Notes: generated by a model from the letters alone, not told the origin. DNA of 64,000 nt from Chiloscyllium plagiosum (GCF_004010195.1 NC_057720.1:3381216-3445215); one strand, 5' to 3'; counted from the stretch's first letter, positions 23,986-37,200 are shown. Numbers and translations: made by a program.

Positions 23986-24829
23986 ATGAAATAGCAGGAA
24001 CAGGCCATTGGGCCCCTCGATCCTGCTCTGACACACAATTAGATCATGGCTGACCTCAACCTCACCGCCATTTTCATGCACTTATCCCCATTTCCTCCAT
24101 ACCTTTAATAACTAGACAACTATCCTAAACTGAACTATTTACACATTGTGCTGATACACAAGAGATAGATATTATTTGTCTCTAACTTTATTGCCCAAAC
24201 CATCTGTTTTACACTGAGCAACGATTACCATCAATAGATAAACTGAGAAATCAAACACACATACACAGCAGTGAAATAACCAAAATCCATGACCATGCTA
24301 AATAGTGGGCAGTTTCATACCCATTCTTGGTCCTGTTTTCTAAGATTCTCTGACAGTGGGGTTCCTAAGAGTCATCTTGGATTCAAAAGTTAATTCTGTT
24401 TTGCTCTCTGCAGATGCTGTCAAACCTGCTGAGTTCCTCTTTTGTTATCACAACAACATTAAATGAGCATTGCCAAAGCTAAATTATAGGTTAGCCAAAA
24501 CTCTCCGGAGCCCTGAAACAAAATAAAATTAAGGTGAATGAGAAGGGAATGAGAAGTGGATAGGGGGTAACCGGATGGCTGATCATGACAGAAGCTGTAG
24601 AGAAATGACAATGAAGAGACTTTAAAACCATCTCAATTATTCAGAACATTCTACCATCTACACCCAACTCAGTACACCCGCGAAAAAATGAAGGGGATTC
24701 CTTCACTCATTTCCCATCCTCCTCCTCTCCTCCCTGCTCCTCTCGTTACACGTGTCTCACATCTGCATCACACCCTAACATAAAGGTCACACTCCAAAAA
24801 GTACTTCACTTCTTTTCAACAAGATGGAT

Positions 24830-25560
24830 TCTAAGCATCCCCTTGACATTCAACACCGTTCACATCTGGGGGAGAAGGGTAAAACCAGAAACTGAGCTGG
24901 ACTAGCCAAATATACATCATGGCTACAAAAGCAGATCAGAAGCTCGGAATCCTGCACCAATAAATTCACCTCCCGACTCACCAAAACCTATCCACAATCT
25001 GCAAGAAGTAGGATGGAATACTCTCCACTCACCTGGATGAGTACAGCTCCCATATTCAAAAAGCTGACACCATCCAAGATAAAGCAGCCCATTGATTGGT
25101 ACCACAGCCGGAAACATAGCAGTACAAGATGCACTGCAATAACTCACTCAACTTGTTGGGCCAGCCCCTTCCAAACCAGTGAACCTTGTCACTCAGAAGG
25201 ACAGGGGAACTGATACATGGGAATACCACAACCTGCAAGTTCCCCTCCAAGCCACTTGCCACCCTGACAGTTTTTAAAAATAATTCATTTGCGTAATGTG
25301 GGCATCTGTGGCTGCACCAGCTTTTGTTGCTCGACCCTAGTTGCTCTGAGATAGTGATTTTGAGCAGCTTACTTGGAAATATGCTGTTGTTCCTTCACTG
25401 TTGCTGGGTCATGATTCTGGAACTGTCCTCTTAAAGGCATTGGGGTGCCCCACGCAACATGGATCACTGACGTTCAAGAAGACAGCTCACCGCCACCTAC
25501 TCAAGGGCAACCGGGGACGGGCAATTAATGCTGGCCCAGTCAACAATGCCCATGTCCTAT
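24830..25560 (+). mobile_element. L2-like LINE 3' fragment
   Basis: MEYSPLTWMS motif (ORF 25013-25213); 3' end shared with the SINE tail family. Confidence 0.65.
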
Positions 25561-26347
25561 TCACCCACCTATCACCCACTGGTATACCCACTCCTCTCTC
25601 TCACAGTCAGCTTAGCCACATCTCTTTCCCAGCCCATTTCTCCTCACTGCCTGTTCCTCACACACACCCATACACCTCTCTCCCACCCACACCTCAGGGC
25701 ATAAATCATATACACTTCCCCTTTCCCAAAATGCTCTTCAAACTGTCACACAGTTAAACTTCTTATAGTCAGTTGATGGAGGAGGAGACCAGGAGACAAT
25801 CTTTTCTTAGTTTTCAAATTTATTTACAAAATGAGACATAACAAATGCAGTTCCTTACCTTAGAACCCACCACCAACATGAGTAATATCTCTTTATATCT
25901 GCACAATTATTTGGCAATGAGTACCCTCTCCCCAAACTGTACAAGACCATCAGGCGCAGGAGCAGAAGTATGGCCCTTGGCTCAATATGTCTATGTCACC
26001 GTTCAATGAGATCATGGCTGATCTGATAATCATCAACACCACTTTTCTGCCTTTTCCTCATCCCCTTTCATTCCCTTACTGATTAAACAGCCTTGAATAT
26101 ACTTTATTATCCAGCCTCAATGGCCCACAGTGATACAGAATTCCACAAATAATAGTAATGTAAACTATTAAAAACAATTAAGATCAGTTTTAAGTCTGTC
26201 TTGATATTTTATTTCACGTGTGATCAGGCAAGGAACACTCATCTTGAAACCTCAGCAAAAACCAAACAGTGAACACTCATGGATTGTACTTTGACATTGT
26301 AATCTCAAAGGAACCTGGCAAGTTCAACAGCACAACTACATTTACAG

Positions 26348-26519
26348 TGTGAGCAGCAGCGAAGGTAAGACCGTTTGGTTTTAAAAGTGCTTACCGGTAG
26401 CGGGCAGCGGTGTTTTTTTTTTGGTTAGTATAGGTTAGGTGGGCTTGGATCGGCGCAACATCGAGGGCCGAAGAGCCTGTACTGCGCTGAATTCTTCTAT
26501 GTTCTATGTTCTATGTTCT
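26348..26519 (+). mobile_element. 172-bp bipartite retro-insert: unrelated 5' module, T-run and CR1-type tail; 8-bp TSD
   Basis: atttacag at 26340-26347 and 26520-26527; (ttctatg)n tail matches 35385-35470 in reverse. Confidence 0.75.
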
Positions 26520-26964
26520 ATTTACAGCATAAACCAAAGCTAAAAAAAGTAGTCACATATGAGATTAAACAAAATCCTAAGTTTGTACAATTAATAATAG
26601 GAAAACTTACAGCAGAACAAGAAAGCGAGTTAAAGCACAGAAAAACTCAAGAATTGTCGATGCTTAAAATCCAAAGGGTCACTGGACCTGAAATGTTAAT
26701 TCTACTTTCTTTCCAAAGATGCTGCCAGACCTGCTGAGTTTCTCCAGCAATTTCTGTTTTTGTTGAGATAACTTGTAGAACATTTTTCTCATAATAAGGA
26801 TAGTAATGGCAGGACTGGGACATATGAACATGGAACAAGAGTAGGCCACTTGGCCACTCAAGCCTGCTCCATCACTCAGTAAGATCATGGCTGATCTAAT
26901 TTTGACACTACATTTCTACATATACCTGCAAATCTTATATCTTCTTGGTAATCAAGAACTTATC

Positions 26965-27151
26965 CAGTAGTCCCCATGTATCTGTAGGGGATACATTCCA
27001 AGGTCTAACGTGAATGCCGGAAAACTGTCCATAATAGCAAATCCATTGATTTAAATGGGAGCCTGTTGGTACCTGGTTCTGGAATATTCCATGTAAACCG
27101 TAGGTAACTGAAACCAAGGTAACCGGACTCATGGATATGGCGGTCGCCCTG
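26965..27151. mobile_element. Tigger/pogo-type MITE (MER44/Tigger7-like ends)
   Basis: Left end cagtagtccccatgtatctgtaggggatacattccaag; right end gtaactgaaacc...ggatatggcggtcgccctg followed by TA; interrupts an old CR1. Confidence 0.65.
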
Positions 27152-27496
27152 TATTTAAAGATTCTGCATCTACTGCCTTTTGAGGATGAAAATGCCAAAG
27201 GCTCTCAACCCCCTGAGAGAACAAATGCTTACCTCAACTGTGTCTTAGAAGGAAGTGTACTGCTGTACTATGTGAAGGCAGAGAGACTGGTCATGTCTTT
27301 CCCATTTAGATATAAAGAGGTGAGGGTTCTGTTCAGTCACCTAGCAGGGATGGGCTGGAAGTTGCAGTCCCACCATTGCCCCATAGGGTTAAAAAATCTG
27401 GATGATTGTTTGAAACTGGCATCCATTCCTTGTCACCCAGCAGCATCTGTCTGGCTGATTTTGAACATGTTATTGCTGAATGTCCAGAGAACCTGA

Positions 27497-28040
27497 ATTC
27501 CACTTTTGGAATACTGTGATCAATTCTGGTCTCCCTGCTATAGGAAAGCTGGTGTGAAACTTGAAAGGGTGCAGAAAAGATTTACAAAGATGTTGCCAGG
27601 GTTGGAGGATTTGAGCTTGAGGGAGAGGCTGAACAGGCTGGGGTTGTTTTCCCTAGAGCGCAAGGCTGAGGGGTGACCTCATAGAGGTTATAAAATCATG
27701 AGGGGCATGGATAGGATAAATAGACAAAGTCTTTTCCCTGGGTTGGCGGAATCCAAAATGCGAGGGCATAGGTTTAAGTTGAAAGGAGAAAGGTTTAAAA
27801 GGGGCCTAACAGGCAACGTTTTCATGCAGTGTATGGTGCGTGTATGGAATGAGCTGCCAGGGGAAGTGGTGGAGGCTAGTACAATTACAACATTTAAAAG
27901 GCATCTGGATGGGTATATGAATAGGAAGGGTTTGGAGGGATATAGGCCAGGTGCTGGCAAATGGGACTAGATTAATTTAGGATATCTGGTCGGCATGGAC
28001 GGGTTGGATGAAAGGATCTGTTTCCATGATGTACAACTTT
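27497..28040 (+). mobile_element. CR1 3' fragment
   Basis: ORF 27698-27970 (MRGHRFKL...VWNELP). Confidence 0.9.
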
Positions 28041-29269
28041 AAGGCTTGAGACAACTACAGGGTGACATACATTTGGACTAAATATTGAAGGACATTGAGG
28101 AAGTACAAAAAGAAGTAAATGGTAGCTACTCCTCAAGAAAGGGCTGCTCTGTTAATTAATTATGCTACTTGCACAATAAAGGGGGATCCCCTCAGTTTAG
28201 AAACCAGGATGGGGAGCAGTTTGGCAAGAAATGAGCAATGATAATGGCAAAAAGTTACTTGGGTGTGGGGTTAAGTCCCCAAACTGGGTTTGGAAGTGTG
28301 GGCTGGGCAGGGCATGGATATTTTACTATGTCACTGAGTTAGTTTGTAAATCTCTGCCACAAATGGATATTTCTGGAAATAGCTGAGTCAGCATTATAAA
28401 GATCTGTTGTTTTCCTTAGAGCAGAGGAGATTGAGAAGGGACATGATTAAGATTATGACATGATTTAGCTCAAGACAATAAACCTAATTTAATTCAATTC
28501 AGTCAATTCAATTCAAACAGCGACTACACGGTCAGCTTGAGTTTAAGGGAAGAAATAATAGGAACTTGTCAGAAATGTATTGTGATAATCGTGAGGAATA
28601 TAATCTACATAAAGACTGGAAATTAAAATGGGCAAATGTAGATTAGATGAAAAATTCATAGAGTGTTTTTGTGATAGTTTTTTTAGAACAACGCATTATT
28701 CAGCCAACCAGAGAGCAGGCTGTACTAAATCTGGCATTGTACAACAACTAATGATCTCAAAGTTACGCTGTAGGTAGCAGCAACAATGATAATGATTGAA
28801 TTTTGAATGGTGAGAAAAGGTGGTTTAAGGCTGGTATTTTAATCTTAAATAAAGGCAAATGGAGTATAAAAACAGAGTGAATTGGTTCTGAAGAAGAGCC
28901 CCTAGACCTAAAACATTAACTCTGATTTCTCTCCACAGATACTACCAGATCTGAGTTTTTCTAGTAATTTCTGTTTTTGTTTCTGATTTCCAGCATCTGC
29001 AGTTCTTTTGGTTTTTCGTTGAATGAACTGGCAAATTAAGTTTGAGGTTGGGTCAATAGAAATACAGCGACTGACAGTTAAGGGTTTTTTTAGATTAGAT
29101 AGAATAAATTTATTCCAACAAGAAAGAAAAATACCAAGAGGAGGGCCCACCATCCTTTGTAAACTCAAAAGGTAAAGTCCCCTCTACTGCGTCCGAAGGT
29201 TAAGGAAATTCAGCATGTCCACAATGATTGTTATCAATTTTTAAAAATCCCCCATAGAAAATATCCTAC

Positions 29270-29737
29270 CCACATGCATCACAGCTTGACATGGCAACTG
29301 CTCTGCCCAAAACCACAAGAAATTACAGAGAGTTGTGAATGCAGCCCAGTCCATCATGAAAACAATCTTTCTTTCCACTGAATCCATCTATACTTCCTGC
29401 TGCCTTGGGGAAGCAACCAACATTATCAAAGACTTCTCCCACTCCAGTTATACACTCTTCTACCCTCTTCCGCCAGGTACAAAAGTTTGAAAATATGTAC
29501 GGACAGATTCAAGAACAGCTTCTTCCCTGCTGGTATCAGACTTATGAATAGACCCCTCATATATTAGGGTTGATCTTTCTCTGCATCTTCTCTGTAGCTA
29601 TAACACTATATTCTGCATCCTGTTCTATTACCCTGATGTACTTATGTAATGTATGATTTGTCTGGATAACACACAAAACAGTACTTTTCACTGTATCTCA
29701 GTATATGTGCCAACAACAATAAATCAAATCAAATCAG
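29270..29737 (+). mobile_element. Rex1/Babar 3' fragment
   Basis: Homologous to 3735-4290; tail caataaatcaaatcaaatca. Confidence 0.85.
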
Positions 29738-29945
29738 TGTCAAATTAAAAATAAACAAGTCGTCATGAAAGGATAGGTGTCAAGTCAGACAATGGAACAG
29801 AGAAAGAAAGAACAACAAGGGATGAGTGAAAGGTCTATAAAGACAGGGAAACAAAAGAGTACTGGAGAAAGCTAACCAGTAATGTAGGAACCGAAAATAA
29901 GAAGCTCCTGTCGGCATTTGAAAAGGATTGACACAGTTAGTGTTT

Positions 29946-30408
29946 AGGCAAAAGTGAGGACTGCAGATGCTGGAAACCAGAGTCTAGATTAGAGTGGTGC
30001 TGGAAAAGCACAGCAGGCCAGGCAGCATCCGAGGAGCAGGAAAATCAACATTTCGGGCAAAACCCCAACATCAGAAATAGAGGCAGGAAGCCTCCAGGGT
30101 GGAGAGATAAATGGGAGGGGGATGGGCCTTGGGAGAAGGTAGCAAAGAGTACAATAGGTGGATGGGAGTGGGGATGAAGGTGATAGNNNNNNNNNNNNNN
30201 NNNNNNNNNNNNNNNNNNNNNNNNNNNNNNNNNNGAGAGGAGGAGAATTTCTTCAAGGTAGGCATCCTTACAAGAGGATTTGCAGTAAGGTTAAAATCAA
30301 CTAGGCAAAAGTGAGGATGGCAGATGCTGGAAACCAGAGTCTAGATTAGAGTGATGCTGGAAAAGCACAGCAGGTCAGGCAGCATCCGAGGAGCAGGAAA
30401 ATCGATGT
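29946..30408 (-). mobile_element. PLE-derived family A tandem pseudo-LTR
   Basis: ~105-bp direct repeats starting at 29946 and ~30303 (aggcaaaagtgagga..gcagatgctggaaaccagag); decayed hammerhead at ~30045-30075. Confidence 0.8.
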
Positions 30409-30994
30409 TTATCCTATAGAAAATGAGTCTGGGGAGTTAATAATGAAAAATAAGGAGCTGGCAGATGAATTAAGCAGGTACTTTACATCTGTCTTTGCTA
30501 CAGGGGATACAAGTAAAATCCCAGAAATACCTGCAATCTGGAAATAGAAGGGATGGAGAAATTCAAGAAAATTACAATAATCAGGAAAAAGGTATTCAGC
30601 AATTGTTGGAGTAGCAGGCTGACAAGTCCCCAGGTCCAAATGGACTTCATTTGTAGGGTCTCAAAAGACATTATTAGCGTGATAGTTGATGTGTTGGTTC
30701 TAATATTTCAAAGTTCCCTAAATTTGAGGAAGATTTCATTATATTGCAAAATAGTGAATGCTCTATTCCAAAGGGGAGGATGAGAGTAAGCAGGAAGATA
30801 AAGTCCAATATATTTAACATCTGTCATGGAGAAGTTATTGTTAAAGTGTTGTCGCAGGGCACTTAGAAAAGAATAAGATAAATTGGCAAATTATATTTAA
30901 CCAATTTATTGAAGTTCTTTGAAGAAGGAACATTCACTGTGAATAAAAGCGAACTTAGATTTCCAGGAGGCAGTTGTCAGTTACCACATCAAGG

Positions 30995-33900
30995 TCATAG
31001 TAGAGTCATAAAGTCATACAGCACAGAAACATACCCTTTGGTCCAACCAGTCTGTGCCAACCATAATCCCAAACTAGACTAGTCCTACCTGCCTGCATTT
31101 GGCTCTTATCACTCTAATTCTTTCCTGTTTATGTATTTACCTAAATATCTTTTCAACATTGTAACTGTAGTCTCTCTGTGTAAAAAAAAACTCTCATGTC
31201 TTTTTAAAATATTTCTCCTTTCACCTTATAAATATGTCCCCTTGCCTTGAAATACCCCATCTTGGGGAACAGACATTTGCCATTCACCTTATCTATACCC
31301 TTCATTATATTATGAACCTCTCTAAGATCATCTCTCAACCTCCCAAGCTCCAATGAAAAATGTCCCAGCCTATTCAGTCTCTCCTTATAACTCAAACCAC
31401 CCATTCCTGGCAACATCCTGGTAAATCTCTTCTGAACCCTCTCCAGTGTAATAATATACTTCCTACAACAGGGCGACCGGAACTGGACACAGTACTCCAG
31501 AAGAGGCCTCACCAACACTCTGTACAACCTCAGCATGACATCCCAACTCCTATATTCATAGGTCCGATCAATGAAGGCAAGCATGCTAATTGTCTTCTGA
31601 ACCGTTATCTATATGTGATGCAACCTTCAAAGACTTATGGACCAGAACCCCTAGATCTTTCTGTTCTACAACAGTGCCCAAGGCCCTACTTTTAATTGTA
31701 TAAGTCTTGTCTTTATTTGTTTTACCAAAATGTAATGTCTCACATTTGTCCAAATTAACCTTCATTTGCCACTCTTCAGCTGATTGATCCAATTGATCAA
31801 GATCTCTTTGTAATCTTAGATAACCTCCTTCACTGTCCACTACACCTCCAACTTTGATATAATCCACAAACCTACTAACCATGCTTTCTATATTCTCATC
31901 TAAATCATTGATATAAATGACAAACAAAAGTGGACCCAGCACCGACCCCTGTGGAACAACACTGGTCACAGGTCTCCAGTCTGAAAACCAACCCTCCACC
32001 ATCACTCTCTGTCTTCTGTCACTGGCAAGCTCACCTTGAATCCCACATGATCCAATTTTACTAATTAGTCTACCATGTGGAAACTTGTGAAAGGCTTTAC
32101 TAAACTCCAAGCAAATAATGCCTACCACTTTGCTCTCATCAGTCTTCCTGATTATTTGCTAAAAAAAATCAATAAAGTTTATTTAATTATCTTGTATAAA
32201 ACCATGCTGACTATCCCTAATCATTCCTCGCCTTTCCAAATGCATATAAATCATATCTTTCAGAATCACTTCCACAACTTACCGCCACTGAAGTCAAATT
32301 TACAGGTCTATAGTTCCCAGGCTGCTCCTAAACAAAGGTAGAACAATAGCCACTCTCCAGTCACTCGGCACCTCATTGTATTATAGAGTCATAAAGTCAT
32401 AGAGATGTACAGCACAGAAACAGATCCTTCAGTCCAACCCGTCCATGCTGACCAGATATCCCAACCCAATCTAGTCCCACCTGCCAGCACCTGGTCCATA
32501 GCCCTCCAAACCCTTCCTATTCATATACCCAACCAGATGCCTCTTAAATGTTGCAATTGTACTAGCCTCCTCCATTTCCTCTGGCAGCTCATTCCATACA
32601 CATACCACTCTCTGCGTGAAAAAGTTGACCCTTAAGTCTTTTTTATATTTTTCCCTTCTCACCCTCACCTATGCCCTCTAGTTCTGGACTCACCCACCCC
32701 AGCGAAAAGACTTTATCTATTTATCCTATCCATGCCCCTCATGATTTTATAAACATCTATAAGGTCACCCCTCAGCCTCTGACACTACAGGGAAAGCAGC
32801 CTTAGCCTATTCAACCTCTTCCTATAGCTCAAATTCTCCAACCCTGGCAACATCCTCGTAAATCTTTTCTGTTCCTTTTCAAGTTTCACAATATCTTTCC
32901 GATAGGAAGGAGACAAGAATTGCATGCAATATTCCAACAGTGGCCTAACCAATGTCCTGTACAGCTGCAACATGACCTCCCAACTCCTATACTCACTAAT
33001 CTGACCAATAAAGGCAAGCATACCAAGCGCCTTCTTCACTATCCTATCTACCTGCGACTCTACTTTCAAGGAGCTATGAACCTGCACTCCAAGGTCTCTT
33101 TGTTCAGCAACACACCCTAGGACCTTACCATTAAGTGTATAAGTCCTGTTAAGATTAGCTTTCCCAAACTGCAGCACTTCACATTTGTCTAAATTAAACT
33201 CCATCTGCCACTCCTCAGCCCATTGGCCCATCTGATCAAGATCCTGTTGTAATCTGAGGTAACCTTCTTTGCTGTCCACTATACCTCCAATTTTGGCGTC
33301 ATCTGCAAACTTACTAACAGTACCTCCTATGTTCACATCAACATCATTTATATAAATGATGAAAAGCAGTGGACCCAGTAACGATCCTTGTGGCACTCCA
33401 CAGGTCACAGGTCTCAAGTCTGAAAAACAACCCTCCACCACCACCCTCTGTCTTCTACCTTTGAGTCAGTTCTGTATCCAAATGGCTAGTTCTCCCTGTA
33501 TTCCATGAGATCTAACCTTGCTAACCAGTCTCCCATGGGGAACCTTGTTGAATGCCTTAGTGAAGTCCATACAGATCACATCTACCGCTCTGCCCTCATT
33601 CATCCTCCTTGTTACTTCTTCAAAACACTCAATCAAGTTTGTGAGACATGATTTTCCATGCACAAAGCTATGTTGACTATCCCTAATCAGTCCTTGCCTT
33701 TCCAAATACATGTGCATCCTATCCCTCAGGATTCCCTCCAACAACTTGCCCACCACCGATGTCAGGTTCACTGGTCTATAGTTCCCTGGTTTGCCCTTAC
33801 CATCTTTCTTAAACAGTTTATAGATTATACAAATATTTCTGCAACAGGCCCCCCCCAATGTTCTCCCTAACCTCCCACAAAGTCCTACAATACACCAGAT

Positions 33901-34310
33901 CAGCTCCTGAAGATTTATCTGCCTTTATATTTTCTAAGACCTCAAGCACTTTGTCTTCTGTAATGTGTTTTCAAAACATCAATATTTATTTCCCTGAGTT
34001 CTCTAGCCTCTACTTCTTTCTCCACAGTAAAGACTGATGCAAAATGTTCATTTAATATCTCTCCTATGTCCTGAGGTTCAACACAAAGACGATCTCTTTG
34101 ATCATTAAGGGACCCTACTCTCTCGCTAGTTGTTCTGCTGGTTTTAATGTATTTGTAGAATCTTTTCAGATTGTCCTCAACCTTATTTGCCAAGGCTACC
34201 TCATATCCCCTTTATGTCCTCCTGATTTCCCTCTTAAGAATGCCCCATATGCTCTTTATACTCTTCAAGAGATTCATTTGGACCCAGTTGTTTATATCTA
34301 ACATATGATT
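30995..34310 (-). mobile_element. CR1 (pieces 30995-32380 and 33820-34310) split by a younger CR1
   Basis: ORFs 31204-31584, 31586-32128 (VPQGSVLGP) and 33942-34193 (KRFYKYIK...LNEHFASVFT). Confidence 0.88.
32382..33815 (-). mobile_element. Young CR1 with near-complete RT domain (contains stops)
   Basis: ORFs 33466-33858 (PGNYRPVNLTSV, AFNKVPH) and 32785-33444 (GVPQGS, KFADD). Confidence 0.93.
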
Positions 34311-34821
34311 ATTTTTTATTCTTGTTATTGTGGAAAATAAAAGCTCATAGTAATATTGGCCTCCTTATTTAAAAATTGATGAAAAAGCATTGATGGCAGT
34401 TTAGAGAAGGTTTGTTGGATTAATATCTGGAAAAGGTGGACTGTTTTATGACCCTCCCTCTGTTTATTTCCTCTGGGGCTTAGAAGGCAACTTCATTAAA
34501 CATAATTTTTGAATGATTTTGGCATGGAGTATTTGGAAAGAGTTTTTTTTCTCTGATGAGAGAATCCAGAACTAAGGGTCACTGCTTAAAATAAGTGATC
34601 ATCCACTTAAAACAGGGGTGAGGGAGGTGCTGCATTTTGGGACAGCTAATCTTAACAGGACTTATACACTTAATGGTAAGGTCCTAGGGAATGTTGCTGA
34701 ACAAAGAGACCTTGGAGTGCAGGTTCATAGCTCCTTGAAAGTGGAGTTGCAGGTAGATCTGATAGTGAAGAAGGCATTTGGTATGCTTTGCTTTTTTGGT
34801 CAGAGTATTGAGTACTGGAGT

Positions 34822-35042
34822 CTAGATTAGAATAGTGCTGGAAAAGCACAGCAGGTCAGGCAGCATCCGAGGAGCAGGAAAATCGGCGTTTCGGGCAAAA
34901 GCCCTTCATCAGGGATAGAGGCAGGGTACCTGCAGAGTGTCCTCTCTCTACAAGAATCTCAGTGAGTCCACTCTGCAGGCTCCCTGCCTCTATTCCTGAT
35001 GAAGGGCTTTTGCCAGAAACGTCGATTTTCCTGCTTCTCGGA
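34822..35042. mobile_element. PLE-derived family A fold-back with two opposed hammerhead motifs, 16-bp TSD
   Basis: tattgagtactggagt at 34806-34821 and 35043-35058; motifs at ~34881-34915 (-) and ~34993-35027 (+). Confidence 0.85.
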
Positions 35043-35384
35043 TATTGAGTACTGGAGTTGGGAGGTCATGTTGTGGCTGTACGGCCACTGTTGGAATATT
35101 GCGTGCAACTCTGGTCTCCTTCCTATTGGAAAGATGTTGTGAAACTTGAAAGGGTTCAGAAACGATTTACAAGGATGCTGCCAGGGTGGGAGAATTTGAG
35201 CTATAGGAAGAGGCTGAATAGACTAGGGCTGTTTCCCTGTAGGGTGGGAGGCTGAAATGTGACCTTATAGAGGTTTATAAAATCATGAGGGGCATGGATA
35301 GGATAAATAGACAAAGTCGTTTCCCTGGGGGTGGGGAATCCAGAACTAGAGGGCATAGATTTTGGGTGAGAGGGGAAATATATA

Positions 35385-35575
35385 TAGAACATAGAACATA
35401 GAAGAATACAGCGCAGTACAGGCCCTTCGGCCCTCGATGTTGCGCCGATCCAAGCCCACCTAACCTACACTAGCCCAATATCCTCCATATGCCTATCCAA
35501 TGCCCGCTTAAATGCCCATAATGAGGGAGAGTCCACCACTGCTACTGGCAGGGCATTTCATGAACTCACGACTCG
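35385..35575 (-). mobile_element. CpG-rich CR1 subfamily 3' end
   Basis: (catagaa)n tail; matches 26425-26519 in reverse. Confidence 0.75.
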
Positions 35576-36394
35576 AGAAGAGACCTAAGGGTCAACTTTT
35601 TCACGCAGAGGGTGGTACGTCTATGGAATGAGCTTCCAGAGGAAGTGGTGGAGGCTGGTACAATTGCAACATTTAAGAGGCATCCGAATGGGTATATGAA
35701 TAGGAAGGGTTTAGAGGGCTATGGGCCAGGTGCTGACAGGTGGGACTAGAATGGGTTGGGATATCTGGTCAGCATGGACGGGTAGGACCGAAGGGTCTGT
35801 TTCTGTGCTGTACATCTCTATGACTCTATGACACTCTCTTCAAAAGATGGTGGAAGCCTGTCTTGAATATATTTTAGGCAGAGCTAGATAGATTCCTGAT
35901 AAGCAAGGGGCGAAAGGTTATTGGGGGTGGTTGGGAATGTGTTGGAATCAGATCAGCTGTGATCTTATTGAATGGAGGAGTGAGCTAAAAGACTTGAGCC
36001 ATGTATTCCTGTTCCCACTGTGCATGTTTGCATGTTTGCATGATCACCTAAAGCAAACACCCCGACAGATCTGTTGTCCCCTCCACCTCAAATTCTTCTA
36101 ACTACTACCCTCATTATCCTCGTCTTATCATCTTTCATCCTCCCTTCACTTTTTATCATCTGTATCTACTTCACTCTTTTTGTTCCAGGAGTTCACTATT
36201 GACTTTGCAGCTTTTTTGTTCTATCCTCCAGGAACCTTTCTGGGCTTGCCAAGTCCTTCCTCCCTCCTTTGGCCAGCCATGCCCATTCCCCTTTCACAGG
36301 GCAGCACACATCCCTATATGAGGTGTTGTTACATTGCTGAGATCCTCCAAGAAAACATCTTCACCTGCTTCATACCAAGTTTCATGACAGGTAT

Positions 36395-36690
36395 CATAGA
36401 ATCCCTACAGTATGGAAAGAGGCTGTTCAGCCCATCGAGTCTGCATTGACCCTCAAGGGCATCCCACCCAGCCCCTTCTCTATCCTTGTCACCCTGCATT
36501 TACAATGGTTAACCCACTAGCCTGCACGTCTTTGAACTTTGGGGGAGAAACCGGAGCACCCGACAGAAACCCAGGTGGACATGGGGAAAACATGCAAACT
36601 CCGCACAGAGAGTCACCTGAGGTTAAAGTCAGCCCCGGGTCCTTGGCGCGGCAAGGAATTAGTGCTAAATACCGAGCCACTGTGCCATCC
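36395..36690 (-). mobile_element. HE1/V-SINE-like tRNA-derived SINE
   Basis: Reverse complement of the 57131-57480 family (tgtgcggagtttgcatgttttcccc V-domain). Confidence 0.8.
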
Positions 36691-36845
36691 ATCTAGTCGT
36701 GAATATGAAGACACTTGCTTCTCATTTACTTCATACCTAATTCCAAAGATGCAATTTAATCTATCAAAGTTATGTTCTAATAATCACATATGATTCTGTC
36801 ACTTGCTATCGAGAAGCCCAATCTACCATCAATTCACCCCACGGT

Positions 36846-37200
36846 GGGAGGCAATGGCCTCATGGTGCTGGTCCATTAATCCAGAGACTCAGGTCATGTT
36901 CCAGGGACCTGAGTTTGAATTTGCTGCAGCAAATGGTGGAAATTGAATTCAATAAAAATCTAGAATTAGCAGTTATAATGAAGATCGTGAATCTATTATC
37001 AGTTGCGGGGGGGAAAACCCATCTGGTTCACTAATGTCCTTTGGAGAAGGAAATCTACCATCCTTACCTGGTCTGGCCTTCATGTGACTCTAGACCCACA
37101 ATAATGTAGTTGACTCTAAACGACTCTCTGGGCATTTCAGGATGGGGAATAAATACTGACCTAGCAAGTGATGCTCTCATCCCATGAATGAATAAAGAAA
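36846..37200 (+). mobile_element. tRNA-headed SINE with L2-like tail
   Basis: Head gggaggcaatggcct...gagtttgaat; tail catcccatgaatgaataaag; several copies in the window. Confidence 0.75.

Larger units (their letters stand above)
28560..30985 (+). mobile_element. Old, fragmented CR1 ORF2 (endonuclease, linker, RT start) with nested inserts
   Basis: QPTREQAVLNL, ELADELSRYFTSVF and ADKSPGPNGLH readable across stops. Confidence 0.65.
34621..35832 (+). mobile_element. Young CR1 3' fragment carrying two nested inserts
   Basis: EQRDLGVQVHSSL and LERVQKRFTRM motifs; tail ctctatgactctatgac. Confidence 0.9.

Noticed and set aside
28470..28516. (AATTC)n microsatellite as an independent feature
   Set aside because: It follows gacaataaa and is best explained as a Rex1-type tail stub
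32785..33858. Intact, active CR1 reverse transcriptase
   Set aside because: In-frame stops, 5' truncation and no endonuclease domain
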